Positions 25,388 to 38,384 of a stretch of DNA of 64,000 nucleotides are shown here, one piece after another (the first letter of the stretch is position 1; the number at the start of each line of letters is the position of its first letter). The DNA is from Ginglymostoma cirratum (taxonomy: Eukaryota): contig JAHRHZ010000040.1 of the NCBI GenBank assembly GCA_024137785.1, forward strand, positions 9,527,649 to 9,591,648, given 5' to 3'. A program made the translations under genes and the position numbers. The notes beneath the pieces are model-generated. The model searched no databases. It had not been told where the DNA came from and was given only the letters and a program-made list of their open reading frames with translations.

Positions 25388-25980
25388 CAAGATGGCAGCA
25401 GAGTAGGACGTTGTGGTTGGAGGTCCTCTGCTCGCCAGGTCCTTTACCGCTTTTCACTCTTTTTATTCTCTCTTTTACCCTTTCTCCACCCCACCCCCTG
25501 CAGAGAGTGGAGTTGTGGAGGACTGGAGTGCGTGGGTCAAGACCTGTAGCAGGCCCAGAGAGAGCAGCGTGGCCTTGCACTCAGGGCTCTGCAGGCACGC
25601 CCCGGAAGCCCTGGAACACCGTGAACAGTGAGCCCTGGAGCAGCATGTGGGCTGTGAGCCTGGAGCAGCACGGGGAAGAAGCCCTGCAGAAGCACATGGG
25701 AAGCAACTCCGAGAGCAGTGTGCAGGCAACAAGTCCTAATAGAGACCAGTGTAAGGGGACAATCCTTACCTTAGAGCACTGTAATGTTAACCCCTTAATA
25801 TACCTAAATATTCCTATTTTAAACTTATTTTCAACTATGTAATTAAGCAACAACTTTTATCCCTCTGTTGTATCCAAGCGTTGTACCTAGGTACTTGAAC
25901 CTAAGGTGTTGCCATAAGAAGGCAGACATTGTAAAAGTTTTTCATTGTATTCCTACGAAGTGGCACACGTGAAAATAAAA
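25388..25980 (+). mobile_element. Non-coding interspersed element with a YY1-like head, internal short repeats and a Rex1/Babar-like tail
   Basis: Starts CAAGATGGCAGCAGAGTAGG, which matches 60945-60964 at 19/20. Ends TTTTCATTGTATTC...CACGTGAAAATAAAA. Confidence 0.55.
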
Positions 25981-26639
25981 GGATGTTGTATACTGTATTA
26001 TCAATCCTTCTAATTGAATTGCCTACAACCACATCTTTCTATTCCTCACACGTGCAAAGCCTTCAGTTTTATGTACCTTGGTCAACATTCTGGCTATTCT
26101 TCCCACAATTTTCTTATCCTTACAGCTATAAGTTACTTTGTAATGGTTGAACAGGAGCAGTTTCGCTGCATCTCTTTGTTTTTCTCCTTACCTGACAGTC
26201 ACATTCTCAGCTTCCCACACCTATGCATACATCTGGTGTACACACGTACTCTGAAATGCTTTGTCCAGTCACTCTTTATTTAGTAGAATGATTCTAGTTT
26301 GGAATTCAGCTCAAAGACTCAAAGCTGAAGTGTGTCAAGTCAGAGAGATTCTTGCAGATGTGACAGTCCCATTATCCACAAGCTCTCCTCGGTTACAATA
26401 CTGACCTACTGTCTTCACTGCCAACCCTTTATTAATTATATCACTGGTGGGTGGACAAAATCAAAGATAGGCCTGACAGAGGATGCATACTACTGTTTTT
26501 AAAATAGATGGCAATGTTTTCAACCTGTGACAACTACGTACATATACCAAAACCATAGAAGGGTTTATCCTGGAGCCTCTGTTATCAATGGTTGCTTCCT
26601 TCTTACACACAAGAAGTATACAATGCAACCTATTGTAAA

Positions 26640-26850
26640 CTCTTTCTTTGAATTCGTCAGCATAGATTTATAATGGGGAAATTGTGATTAACTAACTTGG
26701 GAGTTTTTTGAAGAAATAACAGAAAGTATCTATGAGGGTCATGCTTTTGATGTGGGACAGGTAGACTTTCAGAAGATGTTTGATGCAGTGCCACACTGCA
26801 GACTTGTGAGGAAAGTTACAGGTCATGGTATAAAATTGACAGTTGCAGCC
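26640..26850 (+). mobile_element. CR1 reverse-transcriptase fragment
   Basis: Broken frame reads ..EFFEEITESIYEGHAFDVGQVDFQKMFDAVPH.., the CR1 RT motif DFQKAFDKVPH. Confidence 0.75.
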
Positions 26851-28944
26851 ATCACTGGTTACGCTTCTGCTTTATGAATAACTGTGCCCCATTACGTGAG
26901 TCCGAAGTGCACTTTGGAAATGCTTTAAAGGTTTTCTGAAAAGATCGTTCTCTCTGTTTGTCATCGAATGTGTGAATGGAGAAAGCTGTGGACAGAGACA
27001 ACGGGTGCACAACGACCTGTAAAGGAACTAAAAAATTTGGGACAGATTTAGGTCTCCCAGAGCCTTTCCAAACTAAGAGTTGCAAATTGCCTGCAGATCA
27101 AGAATTGCTGCCGTCAGTAAATGAAAATTATGTCAACTACCACAGACTTATTAATGTTAACTTATTAATTCATATGATTTATTACTTTGCATTTCAGCAG
27201 GTAATTGCATCTCCAAATGCTATTTTCCTTAGAATTGCAGTTACTTGCAATGATACTTAATCCTTACTAATTCTAACACTACACTAACCATGAAAGGTAC
27301 AAAAGTAGAAATTTGAAGCAGTATTGTACAAATAAACTTTTAGCTAACTAAACATTGAAACTCTTTTTAAGGTGTGAATCTACATAATTCTTTTCATTTT
27401 TTCGGATACAGCTGCTCCTCTATGTGTTGAAATACAATGTTACTCTGTCAATTACATCTGGTATGATTATTCACGTATTTACTTCTGTCCTTTATTTTAA
27501 ATTACTAATCAACTCCATTCATTGCACCAAATTAACATCTCGCTAAATTCCCTTTCCTACTGTATTTTGTTCCTTAGTTGCAAAAGTGATGATCCTCAAG
27601 TGTACTTAATTGGTAAAGAAGCATTTAGGGCTTGTGTTTGTGAAAGGTTCTACATACAAGTTTTATTCTTAGAGAATCATTCAATTCACCTGACACTTTT
27701 AGCTCTGTGTTTTTGTATAGCAAAGTTGCATATTAAACAATGCACAACAATAATCCATGATATTGATTATTATTGAAAATGACACCATTTGCACTCATTA
27801 TTGGACTGCAACTGTTCAAGAAGGCAGCTTATCACCACCTTCTCAAGTGCAGCTATGGACAGGCAATAAGCGCTTGCACAGTCGGCAACACCCAGATCCC
27901 ACGAGTGAACTTAAAGACTACATACAAGAATACAAATTTAAATGGAAACAATATTTATACTATATGAGAAAGGAGCGCTAACTGGTCTGCAAGTGGGCTC
28001 TGACTGATCTAGGCATTGTCGTGGATAATGCATCAGTTAATGATGACTGACGGTTAACTAACAGATTTTTCTTACACTTTCAACCAGGCAGGTTGACTCT
28101 GATTGGTCAAGATATTCTCAGATGAGCTCAGTCCCTAACAATACCACTCATAAATTTTATAAAGTTGGTTAAATTGCTTGGTGTATTGACATGTCTGTTT
28201 CAGGCAGAAGATTCCTTGCTCCATTTAAATAATATAAATTTGCACATCATATGAAAATCAGGTGGATATCCACTTAGACCAGGCATAAAATAGGAATATA
28301 CTCAATCATTGCAACCATTGGTGTGTGGCCCATTTTTAAGCACCAAAAATATATTATAGCTCTTAGACTTGAGGCAAGATTGCAATCATGACTCTACAGG
28401 AGTTTTGATCAGCCTCTCCCCACTATGGTCCACTCTGCCTTGTTTCCCATTTTCAGGATTTAGCAGAGATGCAGAGGCGGTGCGGTAGTCAGTATGAAAT
28501 TGATCTGACCTCGGTGGTGAGTTACTGGTGGAGGTATGACCAGCTTGAATAGGGAGAGAATGCCTGAGAAGCAATTTCTTTTAATCCTTTGGATTCTGCT
28601 TTCAGGTTCTGCAATGCTGGGAAAGCATTGCCAGATTAATTTCTGGCCCATATTTTCTTTCTCATCTGAAGTTTAAGCGAAATTGCTGAATTGGTGTCAC
28701 AGATGCCAGTATGAAGATTAGTTTCTTGAACAGGAAATGGAGAATTGTTGAAAGCTATTTCAGCTGCATCATTAAAAGACTGGCTCCCTGATCAAGTATT
28801 GCAAGTGAAGGCCAAGAAGCTGTAAGCAAATCAGAGAAACAGTCAGTGCAAAATCATCAATGAGGAGAAACATTCTTCAGTAAAAGATACACACTCATTA
28901 ACTGGCCAAGAAAATGGAGCTTTTTTTTAACTACTTCCAATCAA

Positions 28945-29108
28945 ATATTCATCCTTACCTGGTCTTCCTTACCTGATCTGGCCTAAATGTAATGCTACAT
29001 CCAGACTCAGAGCAATGTGGTTGACTCTCAACTGCCCTCTGGGCAATTAGGATGGGTCATAAATGCTGACCTAGCCAGCAACACCCATATCCTGTGAATG
29101 AATAAACA
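28945..29108 (+). mobile_element. 3' half of the tRNA-SINE family seen at 4224
   Basis: CCAGACTCAGAGCAATGTGGTTGACTCTCAACTGCCCTCTGGGCAATTAGG...CCTGTGAATGAATAAA. Confidence 0.75.
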
Positions 29109-29639
29109 ATTGTGAAAATATCTATGTGCGTAGTATTTAAATGCTTATACGTTGATTTGTGTACATCGGTGTACACTGATTGCATGTGTATTTATACAGT
29201 TAGAATTTATAAATGAGCTCTAAAGTGTTATTAATTAATTAAAAATCCCTTTGAAAGCATTAAGAGGTCAAATAATTAAGTTGACAAGTGCAAGAGGCAA
29301 TTGAATAGTCAAATAGTTCTTTTTTTAATGCTGGCATTAATGTTGTCCGATTCTTTGATAAAATGGTTTGTCAAAACTGGTTGGAGAACAGATCCAAGAA
29401 GAAAAATGTTTTTGAAACTTTGAAGCAGTTTATAAGTTTTGATATCCTAATTTGGATAAGTACATTTCATATTTACAAATTCTGTACTAACAAGACAGCA
29501 GCCAGCATTAATAAATCAGGCTAACATAATAATGATTCGTTTTCATTGCGGTTATGGTGACAAGATGACATTTTATTAATTACATTTTTTCTCCCTTTAT
29601 TTACACAACTGCAAAATTTTATAACTAACATACAATAAA

Positions 29640-30035
29640 AGTATACAACACAGCAGGAGGCCATTCAATTTGTTGTGTCTCTGCCATCTTTTTGCAAGGG
29701 CAGTTCAAAAATAATCCCTCCCAGCTCCACTCTGTTCCCACAGCCTTGTAGCTTCCTATGCTTCAAATATTTACCCACTTTTCCAGTAAAAGATGCAATC
29801 AGCTGGACTTCAACCAATCCCTATGGCAATGAATTCCATCATCTCTCTAAAAAGAAGTTATTCAATTTTCTGTCCTTAAATGCTGCGATATAATTTTAAA
29901 TTGATGACATCTCATAATTTCCCAGGCAAAGGAAATCATCTACCCTCATTTACTTCTTTAAAACACTTTATTATTATTAAAATAAAACTATTCTTAGCCA
30001 ACATTTTTCCAACGGTGACAATCCCAGTCTCCTGA
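29640..30035 (-). mobile_element. Old CR1 LINE 3' fragment
   Basis: CAGCAGGAGGCCATTC...GGCAATGAATTCCA: reverse of a CR1 3' end. Confidence 0.6.
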
Positions 30036-31334
30036 AAGATAAGTTTCTTTGCTGTCTTCAGCACTTAGCCTCTATTAAGCTGTTTATGTGCAAAACACTC
30101 GGTGGAAGGAAAATTAGATGGACTCCATGTCATACTAGACAGAAGCTGTCAACCACGCCATCTAAAGAGAGATGCATCTCACTGTTTACTTCTTCAATAT
30201 TACCTTCATCTCTGCATCTCCATGCATTGCTGTTCTTCTAGTTCCAAATGGATAACGTACTGATTTGCTCTGAGTTTGGGATGTGCTTGAAAAGTAGTGT
30301 GGGTGAAAATGAAAGCTGTTGTGAGAGCCTCTGCGCTGACTGCCAAAGTCAGCAAAACCTTTCGTTATGAATTCTAAATAAGAGTAAAATTGGACTTGAT
30401 ACATTGAATCTTGTTTCTGCCTCCACAGATGCTGCCATATCGCCTGAGTATTTTCCAAGCAGCTTCTATTGTTATTTGAAACCCTTTATTCCTTTGCCAT
30501 TGACTTTTTTCAGACTCTGAGACAGGACAAGGCATGCCTTTCAGTCTATTGTATAACTTATTAAGCAGTTTAGCCCTGTTAATTCAAGGTCACCACTAAT
30601 CTCAATAATCCATACTGATCCCTATAGTCAATACATGAGGGCATACTGATTTTCAGCAGTGGCTGGAGTCCTTTGTGGCCAGGGTGAGTTTAACTGTGCT
30701 GTTCCTGATGCTGTCATCAGAACTCCTCAATAAAAAATGCTACCAGCCATGAATGTCTCGCTGCTGTTCAATCACCATAAAAAGAATCATATAAGGCTGT
30801 ACTAAAGACTTCAATGAGCATGGTTCAGAGCACCCAAGACAGACTTTGGTCCCCCTGTATCCCAATTTGTCAACAGTCCCAACCCCTACCCATGTCCTGT
30901 CTTCTTTCCAGCCTTCTTGTTCTCCAGCTTCTCCCCTTTAGACCTAGCCATCTGAGCCCCTTCCCCACACCAGCCTACTCCCAGCTCAGCCCTGTGCCTC
31001 AGCCCCTGGCTATCATGAGTCTTTCACAAAATGTTGATTACCAGGGTCACTTCCCAAGGGACTGCAGCTATGACCTTCTGTTGCTCGAATCACAGACTGT
31101 CCATTTGGCTGGCTGCTTGGTGGGAAACACAAGAAAAAATGTTCGGGTCAGCAGGACCTCAACATCATTAGCTAGGGTGGTCACACTATGTGATTTTTGA
31201 CTCGAACCATGGTCATTCTCTCTCTATAGAAAAATAGAGCCATCAAATTCTGAAAGATATTCAGGTCAAAGTTAAAATCAACTTTGAAGATGACCAGTGG
31301 ACCACCATCTGCAGGTTTTCTGAAGGATCCTCTT

Positions 31335-31765
31335 TGACTGTGATGACAGGACTGACATATAAAGAGAAGCTGGAATGGTTAGGACTATATTCATTAGAGT
31401 TTAGAAAAATGACGAGGGATCTCATGGGAAGCTATACAATTCTCACAGAACTAGAAAGACTAAATGTAGGAAAATTGATACCAATGACCGGGGAGTCTAG
31501 AACCAGAGATCACAGTTTAAGGGCATATGTAGGCCATTTAGGACTGAGATGAGGAGAAATTTCTTTACCTAGAGAATGGTGAGTCTGTCGAATTCTTTGC
31601 CACAGAATGCAGTTGAGACCAAACATTGAATACTTTCAAGAAGGAGATGGATTTGGCTCTTAGGCCAAAAATGGGAACAGGATACTGTGTTGGTTAATCA
31701 GATATGATCATACTAATTGGCTTCAAGAACCAAATGGCCTACTTCTGTTTCTACTTTCTAACTCT
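31335..31765 (+). mobile_element. CR1 LINE 3' fragment
   Basis: ORF 31334-31552 (GLTYKEKLEWLGLYSLEFRKMTRDL). Confidence 0.85.
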
Positions 31766-31794
31766 TTCTCTCTCACAAGACCCTTACATCCGGG

Positions 31795-32340
31795 AACTAG
31801 TAGTGTATGTGTAACGTCACTAAGACAGTAATCTAGTGCCCCAAGCTTTGTTCTGAGCACTTGGGTTCAAACCCAATACAGTAGAAGGTGAAATTTGACT
31901 CCATTGAATACATGAAAATAAAATTTAGCTTAATGGTGATTGCTGATTGTTGTAAAAATCAATGTATTCTTTAGGAAGCAAATCTGTTTTCCCTACCTGG
32001 TCTGACTTATATGTGAGTCCAGACCCACAGCAGTGTGATTGACTCTTAGCTGAAGTCTGGGCAACAAGATAACAAGGTGTGGAGCTGGATGAACACAGCA
32101 GGCCGACCAGCATCATAGGAGCAGGAAAGCTTGACGTTTCGGGACTAGACGTCATTTCGGATGAAGGGTCTAGGCCCGAAATGTCAAGCTTTCCTGCTCC
32201 TATGATGCTGCTTGGCCTGCTGTGTTCATCCAGCTCCACACCTTGTTATCTCAGATTCTCCAGCATCTGCAGTTCCTATTATCTCTGGGCAACAAGGTCT
32301 GGGTGATAAATGCTTGCAGCCAATGAACAAATAAATAAAA
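31795..32340 (+). mobile_element. Decayed tRNA-SINE (4224 family) split by a nested palindromic insertion
   Basis: GGGTTCAAACCC box B, then TTAGGAAGCAAATCTG...CCAGACCCACAGCAGTGTG before the insertion and the tail after it. Confidence 0.65.
32069..32283. mobile_element. Head-to-head (palindromic) double copy of the family A element with 13-bp TSD
   Basis: 83-bp inverted arms at 32068-32150 and 32168-32250. TCTGGGCAACAAG occurs at 32056-32068 and 32284-32296. Confidence 0.9.
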
Positions 32341-32394
32341 TAAGTACGTATAATCCTAAATTTAATCACTGCTTGAAGATGAGCCAGGGCGTTG

Positions 32395-33320
32395 GATCAT
32401 AAGGAATAGGAACAGGATTAGGACCCTTGTACATACTCCGCTTTTCAACAGGATCATGTCAAATCCTACATTCCTCACATTCATTGTCCTGCTCTTTCCC
32501 CAAAATCTTTGATTCCCCCACTGATCTAGAATCTGTCTCAGGCTTAAATATACACAAGGACTATGCCCCCCAGCTCTCTGTGGCAAAGAGTTTCAGTAAT
32601 CCTCTGAGAGAAGAAATTCCTCCTTATCTCAATCTTAAATTGATGCCCCTTTATTCTAATACTCTGCTTCCTGGTCTTAAACTATTCCATGAGAGAAAAT
32701 ATCCTTTCAAGTCCTTTAAGATTCCTATATGTTTCAATGAGATCACCTCTCATTCTTCTAAACTTCAGTGAGTTGGGTCCCAGTCTGTTTGGTTTTTGTA
32801 CATAAGACAATCCCTCCATATTGGGGATCATTCTCATGAACCTTCTCTGATGTTTCTCCAATGAAATGATATCTTTCCTTAAAAAAGGGGATCAAAACTG
32901 TTCATAGTACTTCAGAAGTGGTCTCACGAGCACTTTGTGCAATTGCAATAAGATTTCCCTACTCTTATACTCCAACCCATTCAAAATAAGGGCCAACATT
33001 CTATTAGCTTTCCTAAATACCTGCTGCACCTGTGTGCTAGCTTTCTGTGTTTATGCACCAATAATTCGAAGTGGTTTTGTGTTGCAGCTTTCTGCAGTTT
33101 TCTCCTTTTAAACAATACACTGTTCTTTTGTTCTTCCTTTCAAAATTAGCAGCTTCACATTTTCTCACATTATAATCCACTTGACAGCTATCTGCTCACT
33201 TACATAACCTATCTCTCTTTAAACAGTTTGTATCTCTCTTGTAATCTGTCTTTCCACCTATTTTTGTGTCATCTACAAATTTGGCACCACTACATTCGTG
33301 CCTTTCCTCCATGTTTCTCG
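32395..33320 (-). mobile_element. CR1 LINE 3' fragment
   Basis: CATAAGGAATAGGAACAGGA tail; GTGTCATCTACAAATTTGG is the reverse of the KF(A/V)DDT RT motif. Confidence 0.85.
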
Positions 33321-35429
33321 ATGAATGCCTACTGCTATCTATTAGCTGCATGACCAAAATTTACGCCTCAAGAAGAAACAGATTATTTGTCATTTATCTT
33401 GCAGATGTGTGCAACCTTGCAGTATGCAAATTGGCTCCAGCCAATGGCTATCAGGCAAGAGTGACTGACGCTTCATCAGTTGGGAAGCATGTTTGGACAC
33501 TCTGAAGACATGACTGGCCCTGTAAAACTATAAAGTCTTGCTTTATGTGCATCCAGTGGTGAGTCGCCCCTTCAGTTCAAGAGAAGCCAATTTACTCATT
33601 CATGTTTGCCTGCTAAGCTTGATCTCTGCTTTGAACATGGGAGTTCTATCTTACTGTGGCAAAAGGTCAACATGAACGGAAGATAGTTTGTAAATCATAT
33701 GGTTCTCTTGAAAGTTTCTCTTGTTCCCATGCAGCCCTAAAATCTCAGTGCCAAAAAAATTCCCTCTCATAATCAAACATAATCTCATTCATTCTGTTAA
33801 TAAACATGCTGAATAGAATTAATCAATGGTTGTTTAACATTAATTTACATTTGCTGGGAACTTTCAATGGACTGCTGGAAAGATGCACTCATTCCGCTTT
33901 ATTAAAAGATTAAAAAGTTTAGTTTGTTTTATTCCAGACTTTGGGCTACATTTTCAAAAGGTGTGTTTCTTCCCACAGTTTCACAGGAAATCACAGTTGT
34001 ACTGGGGAACTTTATTATCACCAGAACAAAATCAGAATTACACACATGTGTGTCTGCATCCATAAGACATTTCTTTTTTTAATTAGAGGCCTACTTCCTA
34101 ATTTGAATAGTTTACAGCGACAGATAAATCTTGCTAAAATTTGGTTAGAGTGCTCTCACTTAGCAAGTGTCAAATCTGGCCTGCTTCTGTGCTAGAAGAG
34201 CTCAGTATTAGTTAATGATGACTTAGCTGCCAGTTCCTGGATAGCAGTCACTGACAAACAGATTATATTTCTATACAAGATGCAATAAATTTTTTAAATA
34301 ATCACTTAGCAAGGATGATAGAACTCACAAAGCCCCATGTGCGTCTCCTTATAGCTGAGAGAATCTTGTCACTCCATGAAAACTCTGTACTGTGATGTCC
34401 TATTTCCATGATAAAATTAATGAATTGACCATTGAAATATCATTAGCATGAGCTGAACCTAAAGCTGGTGCTATGTTAACATTAATTGTGTATAAACTAT
34501 ATCTATAAGCCTGGTAGGGGAGAACAATCCCTATTGTCTTCTACCATCAGCTTTCAATCCCATATGATATAGTTGCATGATGACATAGCTTCTTACACAC
34601 ATACACTAGTTTTTTCGTTAGAAAATTGGTACAGTTAACCCTTTACTGCACTGGGGCTACCCTGTATAAATAGAATAAGTTAAATTCGTCTGCATCGGCA
34701 GTGTGCCATTAATGCGTGGCATGTCAACATATCAATGGTTTTTTTAGCTTCAGACATTTGAGGACAATTGAATGCCTCACAATGAGTGTATCATACCATC
34801 CTCATGACCAGGTGAAGAGGGATGAATCAGTTCTGTTTTTTTTAACCTCCTCTGTTCGTCACAGAAACTATTTTCTTTGTTTTTAGCGTGCAGCTATTTC
34901 ACCTCTCAATTAAAACAAAGTTACTAGATCCGAAATAAGGAGCCAATTGGAAAGTTTGATTGAGTGAAAGAAAGAGAATTTTTATTATCTACTAACCATG
35001 AGAAAAATAATAAAACACAATGTCAAACATACTGACAAACAAGTAAAAAGCTTCAGAAGACCAGACTAGCTGGTACAAGAAGTCCTGGCTAAAATAAAAA
35101 TAGGCAATTTAGATGTTCTTAGAGTCTTTGGACTGAATCTTATGCTTTGATTTGGCTTTAACAATGCTGTGTCGGGTTTATTGGATGTCTTTTCATCACA
35201 AGGCCTAGCAAGTTTTCGCATTGTATGTTACCATATTTGTTGCACTAATTACTCATTCTACTCCTGCAGTGTCCATTATATTTAATCCTGGCTCCATCCT
35301 GTCATGCTCTATTCCTTGAATAACTCACTGCTCAGTGGATACTGTGGAAATACTGACATCTTTGGTGTCCCTGCCATCTCAACATTGCCGCTGGGCACCT
35401 GGATTGAGCACTGGTGTTCCAAAGTTGCC

Positions 35430-35650
35430 CTGCCCACGGTGTCTGAGCATGTTGAATATCTCTGACAGAGATCTGGAGGTCTGAATGCACAGGGTGGTGC
35501 AAAGGAGAGGAGTCCTCATCAGTGAAGACTGGCAGAGGAGGCTACACCACCAGACATTGAGGTTTTCAGTGTTATCTCGAGGGTGCAGAGGAATGGCCAA
35601 CAGCGTCGAAAGAAGGTGGATGAATTTCTCTGCTGTGTCGGGGTGAGAGC
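35430..35650 (+). mobile_element. Decayed PIF/Harbinger Myb/SANT-like ORF exon
   Basis: Broken frames read SDRDLEV*MHRVVQRRGVL...QRNGQQRRKKVDEF followed by G|GTGAGA. This resembles the Harbinger DNA-binding protein motif (FSD..LE.L...R..QCRKK.ND). Confidence 0.5.
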
Positions 35651-35912
35651 CACACTCTTCCCTCAGCTACCTTGCACTCAGTCTACCTCTATTAACCCAC
35701 CAGCCTCCCACCAAGGTTTATGTGCTGCCACTCTCACTGTTGCTTGCAACATTATCCCTCACTTACTCTCACCTCCTCAACCCCCAACATCTCACACCAC
35801 TAGCTGAAGGGCTGAAGAGGTCACAGCAGTGTGGCAGTGAGAAAGGGACTCATTGAGTTCACTGCAGGGAACATCTTCAAAGTGGGCTTCCTTTGAAGAG
35901 ACTTTGCAATGA

Positions 35913-36052
35913 TATAAACTTGGTTATAGACAAAAATACTGCAGATGTTAGAATCCAGGAAGACAAACAGGAAGCTGGAAGGACACAGCAAACCAGGCAG
36001 CATCTGGCAGATTCCAGCATCTGAAGTTTTTTTGTCTCTAACCAAGTTTATA
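35913..36052. repeat. Fold-back element with about 43-bp inverted arms, related to the hammerhead-family tail
   Basis: TATAAACTTGGTTATAGACAAAAATACTGCAGATGTTAGAATC pairs with GATTCCAGCATCTGAAGTTTTTTTGTCTCTAACCAAGTTTATA. Confidence 0.8.
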
Positions 36053-37221
36053 CCACTGCGAACTCTCTTCAAAGGATATCCACTTTGAAGAAATCCCCTG
36101 ACTCCCTCAGACATGAACTCAGTGAGACCCTTCTCACTGTGACACTGCTGTGACCTCTTCAACCCTTCAGCTATTCAACCACACCATGAAACAAGTACTG
36201 AAGAAGGGTAATACCCAAAAAGTTGGCTGCTCCTTTTCTCCAAATGCTGCCTGACTTGATGTATTCTTCCAGCCACCTGTTTGTCTCACACACCACTTAC
36301 CCTGCATGGCCTCTGTAGTGCCTCCCCACTCCCTCAGAACTCCACCAGCTATTACAGCACTAACATTATTGCCACCCACTTTCATCGCACTCAACTTTAC
36401 TCCCACCCCGAGAAGGATGGAATTCTGGTTCTCGCTGAAGAAAGCTGCAGCCATTCTGCAGTGATATATCCATGTCCTGATAACTGAGGAAGTACCACTC
36501 TTCATTCCACTGCGTCTCTCATATTAACTCTTCTGTCGTTGCATGAATGACACCACTTCTAACCACCAGCCAAAGTTTCCCTCTGTCACCAGGTAGTTAG
36601 TATCTCTACCACATTCACAAGGAGATACTTCCTCAACCTTTGAAGATGAATGTGCAACGGCTACAGAGGAAGCAGCGGCAAGTCTGCCTCCTGCAACATG
36701 TCCCACCACCACCCCAGTTACTGGCAACTAGATAGAACACCTGAGGCTTCTAGATTGTGCTGGACATCTTAATGTGACAACTCTGCAGCTGGCTGAGGAG
36801 GAAAGCCCCTCCCCCTCACACCCTCACTGACAATCAACACTCAGGACCTTTGCCTACATGCGCAGGGAAGAAAGAAGCGACAGATACGGATGAGGGACAC
36901 GACGGCCTTTATTGCCCAGATGCTGCAGCAGTGCAATGAATCATGCATCTGTCTGGGTGCCTCCATGCACAGGGTGGTGGCTGCCACAGGGATCCAGGCC
37001 CAGCACCCTCAGGGTCTGCAGGAGAGCTGCACATACCAGCACATTGTGCACAGCTATGAGTCAAGTGCTGGAAAAGTGGGATTCGAACAGTTCAGGAGTT
37101 GTTTTTGACTGGCACAGAATCAATGGGCCAAAGGGCTTTTTTCAACACTGTAGACCTGTATGACCCTCTGACTATGTCACTCAGTTGCCCCAGCTATGGA
37201 TTCTCAGGACCAAAGTAATCC

Positions 37222-37590
37222 TTCATTCATTCATGTGATTAGGGCATCACTGACCAAATAGCATTTATTGTCCATCCCTAATTGCCCAGAGGGCGGTTCA
37301 GAGTCAACCACATTGCTGTCGGTCTGGAATCACATGTAGGCCAGACCAGGTAAGGAAGGTAGTTTCCTTCCCTAAAGGAAATTAGTAAATCAGATGGATT
37401 TTTCCTACAATCAACAATGAGTTCATGGTCATCATTAGATTCTTAATTCCAGATAGTTTATTGAATTCAAATTCTACCATCTGCTGTGGCGGGATTTGAG
37501 CCCAGGTCCCCAGGATGTTATCTCTGGATTATCTCTGGATCTCTGGGTCTCTGGATTAACAGTCCAGTGATAATACCACTAGGACTTTGC
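37222..37590 (-). mobile_element. Near full-length tRNA-SINE (4224 family)
   Basis: Reverse complement of 4224-4582; ends TAATACCACTAGG (box A on the minus strand). Confidence 0.8.
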
Positions 37591-38384
37591 ATGGTGTTGA
37601 TGGAATGATGATAAGGGGAGGGGTACCAAGCCCACATGACAGGTATCCCTTCCACACAAGGAGAAAGGGTGTTGCCAGGATGCACCCCAGCTAGAGGACA
37701 GCTCCCTTAGAAGTCTCCAGTGAGAATATTCCACCTCAACGTCGCCTGCCCCTCTCTGAACCTTGGAAGTTCATGCCAAGGAGGGTCAGCTTACCTCTGG
37801 CAAGAAGACCACTAGGTAGACCTTCAGGTCCAAAGGTCTCCACTGCTGAGCAGGATCCATTAACCCCAGCTAGGGAACCAGGGAGTACACCAAGATACAG
37901 TGGAAGGGAGAGAAAGAAGAAAATTAAATGGGGTGTGGGTCATAATGGCATAGTTAATTGCAAATGATTGTGAACTTCAGTGTAAATGTATGTGTTTTAA
38001 TCATAGAATTGGTTGCTAGTCTCTCTGTGTTGGGCTGAAAAGCAATGCTACCCCATCCAACATCAATTAGGTGAGATTCCTTGGATGGAGGTAAGTGCTG
38101 AGAGCTGACTACATCACTTGTACGTGTCTTTGTATCAAGCTGACACTTTTGACCTTCTACACAGCCACTGTGACCCAAAATGTAGCTTCCATTTATTTGT
38201 CCAACAGTGTCTGCAGCAGGATGTGCAACATACAGAAATGGGCAGTGCTTTAGAATGGCCAGGGTATAGGGACTCCACAGGTCTATGCTCTGTACAGTCA
38301 TATGGGCTGCGCACAATATTCTTTCCCTTTAAAAGCTCGAACATCAGTGGGCCCTGCAGCCCGTCTCTCACAGGTTAAGTCACT

